24,999 nucleotides of DNA, from positions 1 through 24,999 of the IMG/VR virus record IMGVR_UViG_3300038530_000302; one strand, 5' to 3'. Made by a program: the position numbers and the translations under genes. Below the pieces are notes generated by a model. That model did no database searches and was not told the DNA's origin. It saw only the letters and a list, made by a program, of their open reading frames with translations. The DNA is from a virus (Duplodnaviria > Caudoviricetes). Of this stretch, positions 1 to 8,667 are shown piece after piece. Each line of letters begins with the position of its first letter. Within the stretch, counting starts at the first letter, position 1.

Positions 1-351
1 TTTATATCTTTAATATTGGTTGCTAAGTCTTTTGCAGCTAAAGGTTATTCAATTAAACAACTGCAAGAAGGCCCTGCAATTGTAATCAAACGTAAAGTTG
101 CTACAAAAGCAGGTAAGAAAAATCCTCCACCTAAGCTAATTGATATTAATCAGCAACCGCTGGATGTATTAGTTGGTAACGGTTCTGATGTCAAAGTTCA
201 GTATCGTGAGTGGGAGACTACAAATAACTACGGTAACTTTAAAGGCTTGGATTTCCAAGCTATGCAAGTTATTAATCTTGTACCCTACGGTGGCTCAGCA
301 GATGCGGATGGCGCAGAGTTGGGTTATGTAGAAGAAGAAACGGAGTTTTAA
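1..351 (+). CDS. Phage single-stranded DNA-binding protein (T7 gp2.5-like), 5'-truncated at the window edge
   Basis: Frame +1 is open from base 1, so the TTG at 16 is probably not the true start. It has an OB-fold-type SSB core (VGNGSDVKVQY...GLDFQAMQVINLVPY) and an acidic tail ending in Phe (EEETEF). It lies upstream of the primase-helicase. Confidence 0.8.
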   Translation, partial: FISLILVAKSFAAKGYSIKQLQEGPAIVIKRKVATKAGKKNPPPKLIDINQQPLDVLVGNGSDVKVQYREWETTNNYGNFKGLDFQAMQVINLVPYGGSADADGAELGYVEEETEF

Positions 352-654
352 ATGGTGGATACTTACGTTGCAGATAATGCAACATACGATGTCTCTTTAC
401 TATCATCTGAAGCGCGTCTTGCGTTTTCAATGATGGTAGCTATTCAGAAAAAACAAGATGGTGTAAAAAAGCAAATTGCTGAGTTACAAAAAGAATATGC
501 TATTTATGTAGCAGCTAATAATTCTTTTAATAAAACGATACTATCAAATCTTAGCAAAGACGCTGTTATTGATATTGATGTCAACGAACCAGAGCTTCCT
601 GATTCAGAAGTAGAATTAGGTGAAGGCCCTGATTCAGATTGGCGTATTGATTAG
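352..654 (+). CDS. Hypothetical protein with central coiled coil and acidic C-terminal tail
   Basis: ATG directly follows the SSB stop, with a GGAG Shine-Dalgarno (SD) upstream. Heptad-like segment QKKQDGVKKQIAELQKEY and a D/E/P-rich tail. Confidence 0.75.
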   Translation: MVDTYVADNATYDVSLLSSEARLAFSMMVAIQKKQDGVKKQIAELQKEYAIYVAANNSFNKTILSNLSKDAVIDIDVNEPELPDSEVELGEGPDSDWRID

Positions 655-675
655 TAGCACACTATCCTTCCTTTC

Positions 676-710
676 GGGACTTCCTCCGCTACGGGCGAAG
701 TCCCTCACTT
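676..710 (+). terminator. GC-rich stem-loop, possible intrinsic terminator or RNA processing site
   Basis: GGGACTTC (676-683) pairs with GAAGTCCC (697-704). An inner TCCG-CTA-CGGG hairpin is present, followed by an imperfect T-tract (TCACTTCTTT). It lies in the largest intergenic gap of the + arm. Confidence 0.5.
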
Positions 711-735
711 CTTTAAATTATAATTGGAGAAACCA

Positions 736-2421
736 ATGGGTTTTGTTAAGTTCCATGTTGCATGTAGATCGTGTGGCAGTAGTGATGCTGTAAGTGTAAA
801 TGACAATGGTTCAGCAAAGTGTTTTAGTTGTGGTGAGTTCTTTCCAAATTATGAAGAGCCAGTTACAAACTTAAACGAAGTATACAAAAGAGAAAATATA
901 AAAATGCAAGAAATACCTATATCTCAAGATGTTTATGTTGGTACGTTTGGTGCTTTACGAGATAGAAATATCTCAGAAGCTACTGCAAAGAAGTTCAATG
1001 TTAGAGTTACCTATGATTCTAATGGTGAGATTGACAAACATTATTATCCTTATTATTTAGGTAATGAAGTTGTTGCATATAAAATCCGCAAAGTAGCTAC
1101 AAAAAGTTTTAGTAGCCAAGGAGAAATGCAAAAGGGTACATTGTTTGGTCAACAGATTTGTAATGCTGGTGCTAAATACATTACTATTACCGAAGGTGAA
1201 TGCGATGCTATGGCAGCGTATGAGCTTACAGGAAGCAGATGGCCTGTAGTATCTGTCAAAAGTGGTGCTCAAGCAGCAGCATCAGATGTTAAAAAGAACT
1301 TTGAGTTTCTTAATTCATTTGAAAATATCATTATATGCTTTGATACTGATAAACCCGGACGAGATGCTGCTAATAAAGTAGCTGCTCTCTTTCCACCTAA
1401 TAAAGCAAGGATAATGAGTTTGCCTGTGGATTATAAAGATCCTAATGACATGCTCAAAAAGAATAAACACAGTGAGTTTGTAGATTGTTTTTGGCAGGCT
1501 AAGCCTATTACTCCAGCAGGTATCATACGGGTATCAGAAAGAATGGAGGATTGGAAGAATAGATCTGCCGATGCTACTATCGAATATCCTTGGGCTGGTC
1601 TTAACAAAGTACTTTTAGGTATGCGTAAAGGTGAACTACTTACTGTTGCAGCAGGAACAGGCGTTGGTAAAAGCAGCATCATGCGAGAGTTAGAGCATTG
1701 GATACTAAATAATACAGAAGATAATGTAGGTATCATTGCACTAGAAGAAGATTGGAGGCGCACAGTAGATGGTATTATTGCTGTGGAGTACAGTGAAAAG
1801 CTGCATCTTAAAGAAGTTAGAGAATGCTATACTGAAGAACAACTAGATGAGATGTACAAAAAAGTAACTGCTAATGATAGATTGTTTGTCCATGCTCACT
1901 TTGGTATTAATAATGTAGAAGATATAATGACTAAGCTGCGCTACTTAATTGTAGGCTGTGATTGCAAATGGATCATTCTTGATCACTTGCATATGTTAGT
2001 ATCTTCAATATCAGATGGTGATGAGCGTAGGCTTATTGATAATATAATGACTCAGCTTAGGAGTCTTGTTGAAGAAACAGGCGTAGGCTTTTTACTCGTG
2101 TCACATCTGCGTAAGCTTGAAGGTAACATAGGTCACGAAAATGGTGCAGAAGTAGCTGCTAGTCACATTAGAGGTAGTGGCAGTATTGCTCAGATATCTG
2201 ACTGTATTATTGCTCTTGAAAGAAATCAACAAGCTGAAGACAAAATTGAGGCTAACACTACAAGAGTCCGTGTGCTTAAATCAAGATACACAGGTGAAGT
2301 AGGCATTGCTACTCACCTATTGTATGATCATGTAACTGGTAGACTTTCAGAAATTGTACCTGAAGAAAAAGAAGATGAGCTAGAGTTTAGCAGACCTGAA
2401 TGGGATGATATACCTTTTTAA
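736..2421 (+). CDS. T7 gp4-like DNA primase/helicase
   Basis: N-terminal Zn finger (CRSC...CFSC), TOPRIM motifs (ITEGECDAM, CFDTDKPG, KDPND), SF4 helicase Walker A (AGTGVGKS), ILDHLH, LVSHLRK, IRGSGSIAQISD and LKSRYTG. Start moved to ATG 736 because of the GGAGA SD at 726-730. Confidence 0.96.
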   Translation: MGFVKFHVACRSCGSSDAVSVNDNGSAKCFSCGEFFPNYEEPVTNLNEVYKRENIKMQEIPISQDVYVGTFGALRDRNISEATAKKFNVRVTYDSNGEIDKHYYPYYLGNEVVAYKIRKVATKSFSSQGEMQKGTLFGQQICNAGAKYITITEGECDAMAAYELTGSRWPVVSVKSGAQAAASDVKKNFEFLNSFENIIICFDTDKPGRDAANKVAALFPPNKARIMSLPVDYKDPNDMLKKNKHSEFVDCFWQAKPITPAGIIRVSERMEDWKNRSADATIEYPWAGLNKVLLGMRKGELLTVAAGTGVGKSSIMRELEHWILNNTEDNVGIIALEEDWRRTVDGIIAVEYSEKLHLKEVRECYTEEQLDEMYKKVTANDRLFVHAHFGINNVEDIMTKLRYLIVGCDCKWIILDHLHMLVSSISDGDERRLIDNIMTQLRSLVEETGVGFLLVSHLRKLEGNIGHENGAEVAASHIRGSGSIAQISDCIIALERNQQAEDKIEANTTRVRVLKSRYTGEVGIATHLLYDHVTGRLSEIVPEEKEDELEFSRPEWDDIPF

Positions 2422-2432
2422 GAGAGTATAAA

Positions 2433-4163
2433 ATGAATTTAGTTTTTGATATTGAAACAGACGGGTTAGATGCATCAGTAATTTGGTGCATCGTAGCTAA
2501 AGATATAGATACTAATCAAGTCCATTCTTTTTGTCCTGAAAGGATCGAAGAAGGATTGGAAATGTTGGAGAAATCAAAATTATTAATAGGTCATAATATT
2601 GTAGGGTTTGACATACCTGTATTGAAAAAGCTAACAGGTATGTCTTTTAAAGATAAAAAGGTAATTGATACTTTAGTGCTTTCTAGATTAGCTAATCCTG
2701 AAAGAGATGGTCATGGTTTAAAACCTTGGGGATTTAGATTGGACTATCACAAAGGATCAATGGAAGAACAAGACTTCAATGAGTATAGTCCAAAAATGTT
2801 GGAGTATTGTATTAATGATGTTGAACTTAACACCTTAGTATTTCAAGAGTTATTAAAAGAACTAGAAGGCTTTGGAGAAGAGTGTGTAAAAATTGAACAT
2901 GAAGTTGCTGACATTTTAAAGAAGCAAGAAAATCATGGCTTTTATTTAGATGTTGTTAAAGCAGAAAAATTACTTGCTCTTTTTAGAGAAGAGAATGCAA
3001 AGATTGTTGAAGAAGTTCATAAAGTATTTTTGCCTCGTAAAGTAAAAGTCAAAACAGTTGTGCCTAAGTTTAAAAAAGATGGCAAACTTTCAAAGCAAGG
3101 GTTAACAGAAGAAGAGTATGAGAGACTATCTAAACTTCCAAAGAATAAAGTTCTTGCTTTTGATAGATTTAAAATTGAAGACTTTAATTTAAACTCTAGG
3201 CAACAAATTGGATTGTATCTTCAAGACTTTGGATGGAAACCTAAAAAGTTTACGCCTACAGGACAGCCAGTTGTTGATGAAGGAACTTTAAAAACAATTA
3301 AAGATATCCCTGAAGCTGCATTAATTAACAGATTTTTGTTACTAAACAAACGTATTGGACTTGTTGAGTCTTGGTTTAAGTTTCTAAAGAATGATAGAGT
3401 TCATGGATATACTGTTCATAATGGTGCAGTAACTGGTAGAATGACACATTTCAAACCTAATATGGCACAAATACCTGCTGTGTATAGCCCTTATGGAAAA
3501 GAATGTAGAGAATGTTGGACTGTTCCTAAAGGATATAAACTTGTAGGGATTGATGCAAGCGGTTTAGAATTGAGAATGCTTGCTCACTATATGAATGATA
3601 AAGGTTATACATATGAAATACTCAATGGAGACATACACACAGCTAATCAAGAGCTTGCAGGACTTGAATCAAGAGATCAGGCAAAAACATTCATATATGC
3701 GTTCCTATACGGAGCAGGAGATGAAAAGCTTGGAAGTGTGGTGCAAGGAAACAGAAGAGATGGTAAAAGACTTAGAAGGAGTTTCCTCAATAATTTACCA
3801 TCACTTGCAAATCTTAAAGATAGGGTTGAAAGAGCATCACAAAAAGGTTTCTTAAAAGGTTTAGATGATAGAAGAGTAACTATTAGATCTGCACATTCAG
3901 CTTTAAATACTCTACTACAAAGTGCGGGAGCTATTGTAATGAAGAAAGCTTTAGTTCTTTTTAAAGAGAGCATTAAAGATATGGATGCTCATTTCGTAGC
4001 TAATGTACATGATGAGTGGCAAGTAGAAGCTAAAGAAGATATAGCAGAAGAAATAGGTCAGCGAGGGGTACAAGCTATTGTTGATGCAGGGATATATTTT
4101 AATCTAAGATGTCCTTTAGATGGGGAGTATAAAATAGGAGATAACTGGAGTGAAACACACTAA
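2433..4163 (+). CDS. polA: Family A DNA polymerase (T7 gp5-like) with 3'-5' exonuclease
   Basis: ExoI FDIETDG, ExoII GHNIVGFD, ExoIII YCINDV, motif A GIDASGLELRMLAHY, motif B RDQAKTFIYAFLYG, motif C NVHDEWQ. No 5'-3' exonuclease domain. Confidence 0.96.
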   Translation: MNLVFDIETDGLDASVIWCIVAKDIDTNQVHSFCPERIEEGLEMLEKSKLLIGHNIVGFDIPVLKKLTGMSFKDKKVIDTLVLSRLANPERDGHGLKPWGFRLDYHKGSMEEQDFNEYSPKMLEYCINDVELNTLVFQELLKELEGFGEECVKIEHEVADILKKQENHGFYLDVVKAEKLLALFREENAKIVEEVHKVFLPRKVKVKTVVPKFKKDGKLSKQGLTEEEYERLSKLPKNKVLAFDRFKIEDFNLNSRQQIGLYLQDFGWKPKKFTPTGQPVVDEGTLKTIKDIPEAALINRFLLLNKRIGLVESWFKFLKNDRVHGYTVHNGAVTGRMTHFKPNMAQIPAVYSPYGKECRECWTVPKGYKLVGIDASGLELRMLAHYMNDKGYTYEILNGDIHTANQELAGLESRDQAKTFIYAFLYGAGDEKLGSVVQGNRRDGKRLRRSFLNNLPSLANLKDRVERASQKGFLKGLDDRRVTIRSAHSALNTLLQSAGAIVMKKALVLFKESIKDMDAHFVANVHDEWQVEAKEDIAEEIGQRGVQAIVDAGIYFNLRCPLDGEYKIGDNWSETH

Positions 4164-4446
4164 ACAAGACAAAAGTAGAGTAGGTGACTTAGCAGAGCAT
4201 TATGCAATAACATGGCTATGGGACAACGGCTATCAAGTTTTTAAAAACTGTGGTTGCACTGGGCCTATAGATTTAATTGCTATGGATGAAGAAGGTAACA
4301 TAAAAAAAATAGATGTCAAGTCTTATAAGGACAGCAGACTTTCTTCAAGAACACCTCAACAAAAAGAACTTGAAGTTCAGTATCTTCATTATAATTCTTT
4401 AACTAGAAAATTAAGGTTCATAAAGCATAGAAATGAAAGAACTTAA
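4150..4446 (+). CDS. Small PD-(D/E)XK endonuclease-like protein
   Basis: GDLAEHYAITWLWDNGYQVF...PIDLIA...IDVKS matches the E...PD...(D/E)xK pattern of Hjc-like restriction-fold nucleases. GTG start overlaps the end of polA. Confidence 0.7.
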   Translation: MKHTKQDKSRVGDLAEHYAITWLWDNGYQVFKNCGCTGPIDLIAMDEEGNIKKIDVKSYKDSRLSSRTPQQKELEVQYLHYNSLTRKLRFIKHRNERT

Positions 4447-5281
4447 CACAGTTGTTGAAGATATTTATTCAACATTAAAACCATTATCTCAAAATGAAGC
4501 AATACCTATTGATCCTAAATTGTTAGATGATTTAGGAGAATCTTTAAAAAGTTGTATTCTTCATTGGGCTACACCAAATAAAGACTCTACTAAATATATT
4601 AGGATGTCTAATGTGGGCAGGCCTCTACGTCAGCTTTATTTTGATATGAAAGAAGAATCAGATAAAAGTTTTAACGATTCAAGTTTTTTACCAATTAGAT
4701 TTTTATATGGTCATTTGCTTGAAGAGATACTTTTATTCCTTGTTAAGCTGTCGGGACATGAAGTTAGTGATGAGCAGAAAGAAGTTTCTGTTGACAGTAT
4801 TAAAGGACACATTGACTGTAAAATTGACGGAGAAGTAGTGGATGTAAAAACAGCATCTAACTTTGCTTTTAAAAAGTTTAAAGAAGGGACACTAAGAGAT
4901 GATGATCCTTTTGGATATCTTGCACAACTTAGCGGCTACGAGGAAGCAGAGAAATCTAATAACGGAGGCTTCTTAGCAATTAACAAAGAAACAGGAGAGA
5001 TAACTTTATATCAACCTGATGAATTAGACAAGCCTAATATCCGTTATTTAATTAGCAAAGTTAAAAAAGCTATGGATTTAGATAACCCTCCAGAAGAAAT
5101 ATGCTATTCTCCAATACCTGAAGGGAAGTCTGGCAATATGAAGCTACCTAAGCAATGTGTATATTGCTCACATAAAAGAAAATGCTATCCAGATTTAAGA
5201 GTTTTTAAATATTCCAAAGGATTAACATATCTTGTTAAAGTAGTTAATGAGCCTAAAGTAGAAGAGATTTTGCAATGTTAA
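4433..5281 (+). CDS. PD-(D/E)XK exonuclease (RecB/Cas4-like phage exonuclease)
   Basis: RMSNVGRPLRQLYF, YGHLLEE, GHIDCKIDGEVVDVKTAS, YLAQLSGY (QxxxY) and a C-terminal Cys cluster C...CVYC...C. Confidence 0.85.
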   Translation: MKELNTVVEDIYSTLKPLSQNEAIPIDPKLLDDLGESLKSCILHWATPNKDSTKYIRMSNVGRPLRQLYFDMKEESDKSFNDSSFLPIRFLYGHLLEEILLFLVKLSGHEVSDEQKEVSVDSIKGHIDCKIDGEVVDVKTASNFAFKKFKEGTLRDDDPFGYLAQLSGYEEAEKSNNGGFLAINKETGEITLYQPDELDKPNIRYLISKVKKAMDLDNPPEEICYSPIPEGKSGNMKLPKQCVYCSHKRKCYPDLRVFKYSKGLTYLVKVVNEPKVEEILQC

Positions 5282-5550
5282 GTAACCCTATTAGTAAAAA
5301 ACAAAAGATGAATGTGCTTGTTGTAGGATTAGCTTATCAGTGGGTTAAATCTTTATTGCCCGAAGATCAGGAAGTTTCTGTATTAGAAGCTTTAAAACAA
5401 ATACCTGATGAGCCTTATTTCTTTTCTCAAGGACAAATTAGAACAAACTCATATACTTTTAAATGGTTTAGAAAAAGAATTAAAAAGGTATTAAAGAAAA
5501 CAAAGCAGCCGATCATGTCGGTTACTTTGCATGAGGTTATGAATGCGTAA
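5275..5550 (+). CDS. Hypothetical phage protein
   Basis: Overlaps both neighbours and fills the gap in the operon. Basic C-terminal half; no recognised motif. Confidence 0.65.
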   Translation: MLSNPISKKQKMNVLVVGLAYQWVKSLLPEDQEVSVLEALKQIPDEPYFFSQGQIRTNSYTFKWFRKRIKKVLKKTKQPIMSVTLHEVMNA

Positions 5551-5962
5551 ACCCAGAGTCAAAAGACCTGTAGAAAAAGATAAACCTAAAGGGTATGATT
5601 CAAAATGGGAGTACAACTTACATAAAAATTTAATTCCAAGTTGGGGCTTGCATTCTCAGAAATTATCGTATATAATTAAGCATACATACAATCCTGACTT
5701 TATTAAAACTATAGATGGTATCACAATACTTCTTGAAGCCAAAGGAAGATTTTGGGATTATCAAGAGTATAACAAGTATGTCTGGATTAGAGAATCTTTG
5801 CCAGAAGATTATGAGTTAGTTTTTTTATTTGCCTCCCCTTATGCACCCATGCCAGCAGCAAGACGCAGAAAAAACGGCACAAAGTTTACCCATGCAGAAT
5901 GGGCTGAAAAAAATAAATTCAAATGGTTCTCAGAAAAAACATTTCCAAAGGAGTGGAAGTAA
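5543..5962 (+). CDS. T7 endonuclease I-like Holliday junction resolvase
   Basis: YDSKWEY, HTYNPDF, LEAKGRF and T-x-AEWAEKNKFKW match T7 gp3-type motifs. GAGG SD upstream. Confidence 0.85.
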   Translation: MRKPRVKRPVEKDKPKGYDSKWEYNLHKNLIPSWGLHSQKLSYIIKHTYNPDFIKTIDGITILLEAKGRFWDYQEYNKYVWIRESLPEDYELVFLFASPYAPMPAARRRKNGTKFTHAEWAEKNKFKWFSEKTFPKEWK

Positions 5963-6309
5963 TGAAAAGTATTGATGACGCAACACCAGAAGAGTGGAAT
6001 GCACTTAACAAAAAGAAACCTTGGGTAAAGCCTTTAATTGATCAAGAAGACCAACATAATAATTACCCAAAGTTTGATTCAGTTAGCAAACCAGAACATT
6101 ATAATAATGGAAATATGGAATGCATTGAAGCAATAGAAGGTATGCTTGATCACGATGAATACATTGGGTATCTGCGTGGAAACTCTCTCAAATATCGCTG
6201 GCGCTATCGCTACAAGGGTAAACCCATAGAAGACTTGCGTAAAGCAGAATGGTATGAAAGACGTTTAATGGACTATTTGATGAGGCATCCTAGTGAGCAG
6301 CTACGATAG
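5962..6309 (+). CDS. DUF3310 family protein (T7 gp1.7-like, putative nucleotide kinase)
   Basis: VSKPEHYNNGNMECIEAI...GYLRGNSLKYRWRYRYKGKPIEDLRKAEWY. Start moved to ATG 5962 (TAATG overlap with the endonuclease stop, GGAG SD). Confidence 0.85.
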   Translation: MKSIDDATPEEWNALNKKKPWVKPLIDQEDQHNNYPKFDSVSKPEHYNNGNMECIEAIEGMLDHDEYIGYLRGNSLKYRWRYRYKGKPIEDLRKAEWYERRLMDYLMRHPSEQLR

Positions 6310-6472
6310 AAAAGCAGAGCGTATAGAAAGGTTCCATAAAAAGAACAAAGCTAAAGATAAAAAGCAAAACAGAGCGCGTACACGTAGCTATAGGCAATCT
6401 CAGTTAAAAGAAAAGGATGACTTAAATGACATTAAAGATTGGAAAGCAGGATTATTTAGGGATACAGATTGA
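6293..6472 (+). CDS. Small basic hypothetical protein (59 aa), not in ORF track
   Basis: GTG at 6293 with GAGG SD; translates as MSSYDRKAERIERFHKKNKAKDKKQNRARTRSYRQSQLKEKDDLNDIKDWKAGLFRDTD*. It bridges the gap between DUF3310 and nrdA and overlaps both. Confidence 0.7.
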   Translation: MSSYDRKAERIERFHKKNKAKDKKQNRARTRSYRQSQLKEKDDLNDIKDWKAGLFRDTD

Positions 6473-8303
6473 CTATGATAAAGAAAAAACCCTAAATTCT
6501 TTTTCTTTAGAAACTTTAAAAGATAGATATTTTTGGAAGGATGAAACTCATGCTCAAGAGGCTTATGCAAGGGCCAGTATATTTAGTGCAACTTATCAAG
6601 GTATTACTGATTGGGCTTTGGCTCAAAGGCTTTACAATTATAGCAGCAGTAATTGGTTTATGTTCAGCACTCCTATTCTTAGTAACGGGGGAACAACTAG
6701 GGGTTTACCTATCAGTTGCTTCCTCAATTACGTTCCTGATTCGAGAGATGGCTTATCATCTCATTATGATGAGAACATTTGGCTTGCGAGTGCAGGCGGG
6801 GGTATCGGAGGACATTGGGGAGAGGTTCGTTCTAATGGCATCGCTACTAGCAACGGTAGTCGCTCTACTGGCACTATACCATTCATCCATGTAGTAGATA
6901 GTCAAATGCTTGCCTTTAATCAAGGCGTTACAAGAAGAGGTTCTTATGCAGCATATATGGATATCAGTCATCCAGAAGTTGAAGAGTTCATCGCTATGCG
7001 GAAGACTACTGGCGGTGATCTTAATCGTAAGTGTCTTAACCTACACAACGGAATTACAATAACAGATGAGTTTCTTGATGCTGTTAAGAATGATGAGCAG
7101 TGGCGTTTAATAGATCCTAAAACTAAAACAGCAGTAAAAGTAATATCTGCAAGAGATTTATGGTGGCAGTTAATACACACAAGAGCAGAAACAGGTGAAC
7201 CCTATATAGTAAACTTAGATCGTTGTAATGATGCTTTGCCACAATTACAAAAAAATATAGGGTTACAAGTACATCAGAGTAATCTATGTTCAGAAATTAC
7301 ACTGCCAACAAATGAAGATCGCACAGCAGTTTGTTGTTTATCTAGTGTTAATTTAGAGTATTTTGATGAGTGGAAAGAAGAAGAACAGTTTATTAGTGAT
7401 CTAATTACAATGCTAGATAATGTATTAGAACACTTTATAGATAATGCTACAGGGGGATTATGTTTAATTCCTGATATGAAAATAATGGAATTTAAAGAGT
7501 ATGTTAAATCAGATAAAAAAGGTTTTGAAAAAGCCGCTTATTCAGCATATAGAGAACGTGCGATTGGTCTTGGAGCGATGGGTTTTCATAGTTACCTTCA
7601 ACGTAATGGAATCCCTTTTGAGGGAATGTACGCCGCCAGCTTTAACAATAGAGCGTTTAAACTTATCAAAGAAAGATCTCAGATGGCTTCCCAGCGTTTG
7701 GCTAGAAACCGTGGGGAAGCTCCTGACATGGTTGGTAGTGGCTATCGTCATTCCCATTTGCTTGCTATTGCCCCTAATGCTAGTTCTAGTATTATATGTG
7801 GTGGAACAAGTCCTTCTATTGAGCCTACGAGGGCTAACTTATTTACGCACAAAACTCTCACAGGTTCGTTCAAAGTAAAAAATAAATATTTGGAGAAACT
7901 TCTTGAAGATAAAGGAATTAATACAGAAAAAACGTGGAAAAATATTGCTGCTGCTGAAGGCTCTGTTAAAGAAATACCAGAACTCTCAGAAGAAGAGAAG
8001 GAGGTATTTAAGACAGCGCCTGAACTTAACCAGATTTGGGTTATCGAACACGCCTACCAGCGACAAAAGTACGTCTGCCAATCACAGTCAGTAAATTTGT
8101 TCTTTGAACCACCACCAGCTACTGCACCACAGGAGGTACATGATGAGTATTTGGAATATGTTAATCATGTTCATTGGACAGGAGCTAACAAACTCAAATC
8201 TATGTATTACCTCCGAACTACAGCGGCTAGAAATACAGAGAATGTTAACATTAAAATCCCAAGAATTAATTTAGAAGAGGAGTGTCTAAGCTGTGAAGGC
8301 TAA
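6426..8303 (+). CDS. nrdA: Ribonucleoside-diphosphate reductase class Ia, alpha subunit (no ATP cone)
   Basis: FSTPILSNGG, PISCF, QGVTRRGSYA, QSNLCSEI (thiyl Cys), IAPNASSS, MYYLRT (Tyr pair) and C-terminal CLSCEG. Confidence 0.96.
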   Translation: MTLKIGKQDYLGIQIDYDKEKTLNSFSLETLKDRYFWKDETHAQEAYARASIFSATYQGITDWALAQRLYNYSSSNWFMFSTPILSNGGTTRGLPISCFLNYVPDSRDGLSSHYDENIWLASAGGGIGGHWGEVRSNGIATSNGSRSTGTIPFIHVVDSQMLAFNQGVTRRGSYAAYMDISHPEVEEFIAMRKTTGGDLNRKCLNLHNGITITDEFLDAVKNDEQWRLIDPKTKTAVKVISARDLWWQLIHTRAETGEPYIVNLDRCNDALPQLQKNIGLQVHQSNLCSEITLPTNEDRTAVCCLSSVNLEYFDEWKEEEQFISDLITMLDNVLEHFIDNATGGLCLIPDMKIMEFKEYVKSDKKGFEKAAYSAYRERAIGLGAMGFHSYLQRNGIPFEGMYAASFNNRAFKLIKERSQMASQRLARNRGEAPDMVGSGYRHSHLLAIAPNASSSIICGGTSPSIEPTRANLFTHKTLTGSFKVKNKYLEKLLEDKGINTEKTWKNIAAAEGSVKEIPELSEEEKEVFKTAPELNQIWVIEHAYQRQKYVCQSQSVNLFFEPPPATAPQEVHDEYLEYVNHVHWTGANKLKSMYYLRTTAARNTENVNIKIPRINLEEECLSCEG

Positions 8304-8667
8304 ACTTAAAGGATCAATGATGTGGTTTTATTACACATGGGAATCTTTTATGAATCTAAAATATAATCCATTTAGATTTATAGGAGATGTAAGTATGCAG
8401 ATGTATTTAATGCTTGCTTTATCTATTGTGTGGTCTGCTAGTTTCTGCGCGTTAATAGCAGGGTGGTCAGGGATTATACCGTTGATATGGGGCCATGTTA
8501 TTACAGTGTTTGCCCTATTCATGACTTACGCTACATTTAAAGATGCTGAGAAGAATAACTCAGCATGGCTGATAAGGTGGAAAGAAGATTACAATCTACT
8601 TTCTTTATTCAAAAGGAGGAGCAAAAATAAAAATATTTGCCAATGGGACTTGGAGAAAGAGGCATGA
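8293..8667 (+). CDS. Hypothetical membrane protein (about 2 TM helices)
   Basis: Hydrophobic stretches MYLMLALSIVWSASFCALIAGW and IIPLIWGHVITVFALFMTYATF. Overlaps the nrdA stop. Confidence 0.75.
   Translation: MKAKLKGSMMWFYYTWESFMNLKYNPFRFIGDVSMQMYLMLALSIVWSASFCALIAGWSGIIPLIWGHVITVFALFMTYATFKDAEKNNSAWLIRWKEDYNLLSLFKRRSKNKNICQWDLEKEA

Noticed and set aside
655-735. Possible tRNA or ncRNA in the intergenic gap
   Set aside because: Only a single hairpin is present, with no cloverleaf or T-loop consensus.
1057-1763. Minus-strand ORFs 1057-1272 and 1431-1763
   Set aside because: They are antisense shadows of the primase-helicase, with no SD or motifs.
3595-3973. ORFs 3595-3855 (+) and 3677-3973 (-) inside polA
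   Set aside because: They are alternate-frame or antisense shadows over conserved polymerase motifs. polA is uninterrupted, so there is no intron or frameshift.
4433-5281. Cas4-like nuclease as a sign of a CRISPR-Cas system
   Set aside because: There is no repeat-spacer array or other cas gene. Solo Cas4-like exonucleases are common in phage replication modules.
6541-8094. Alternate-frame and antisense ORFs within nrdA
   Set aside because: They are explained by codon bias. nrdA is intact with no intein or intron signature.
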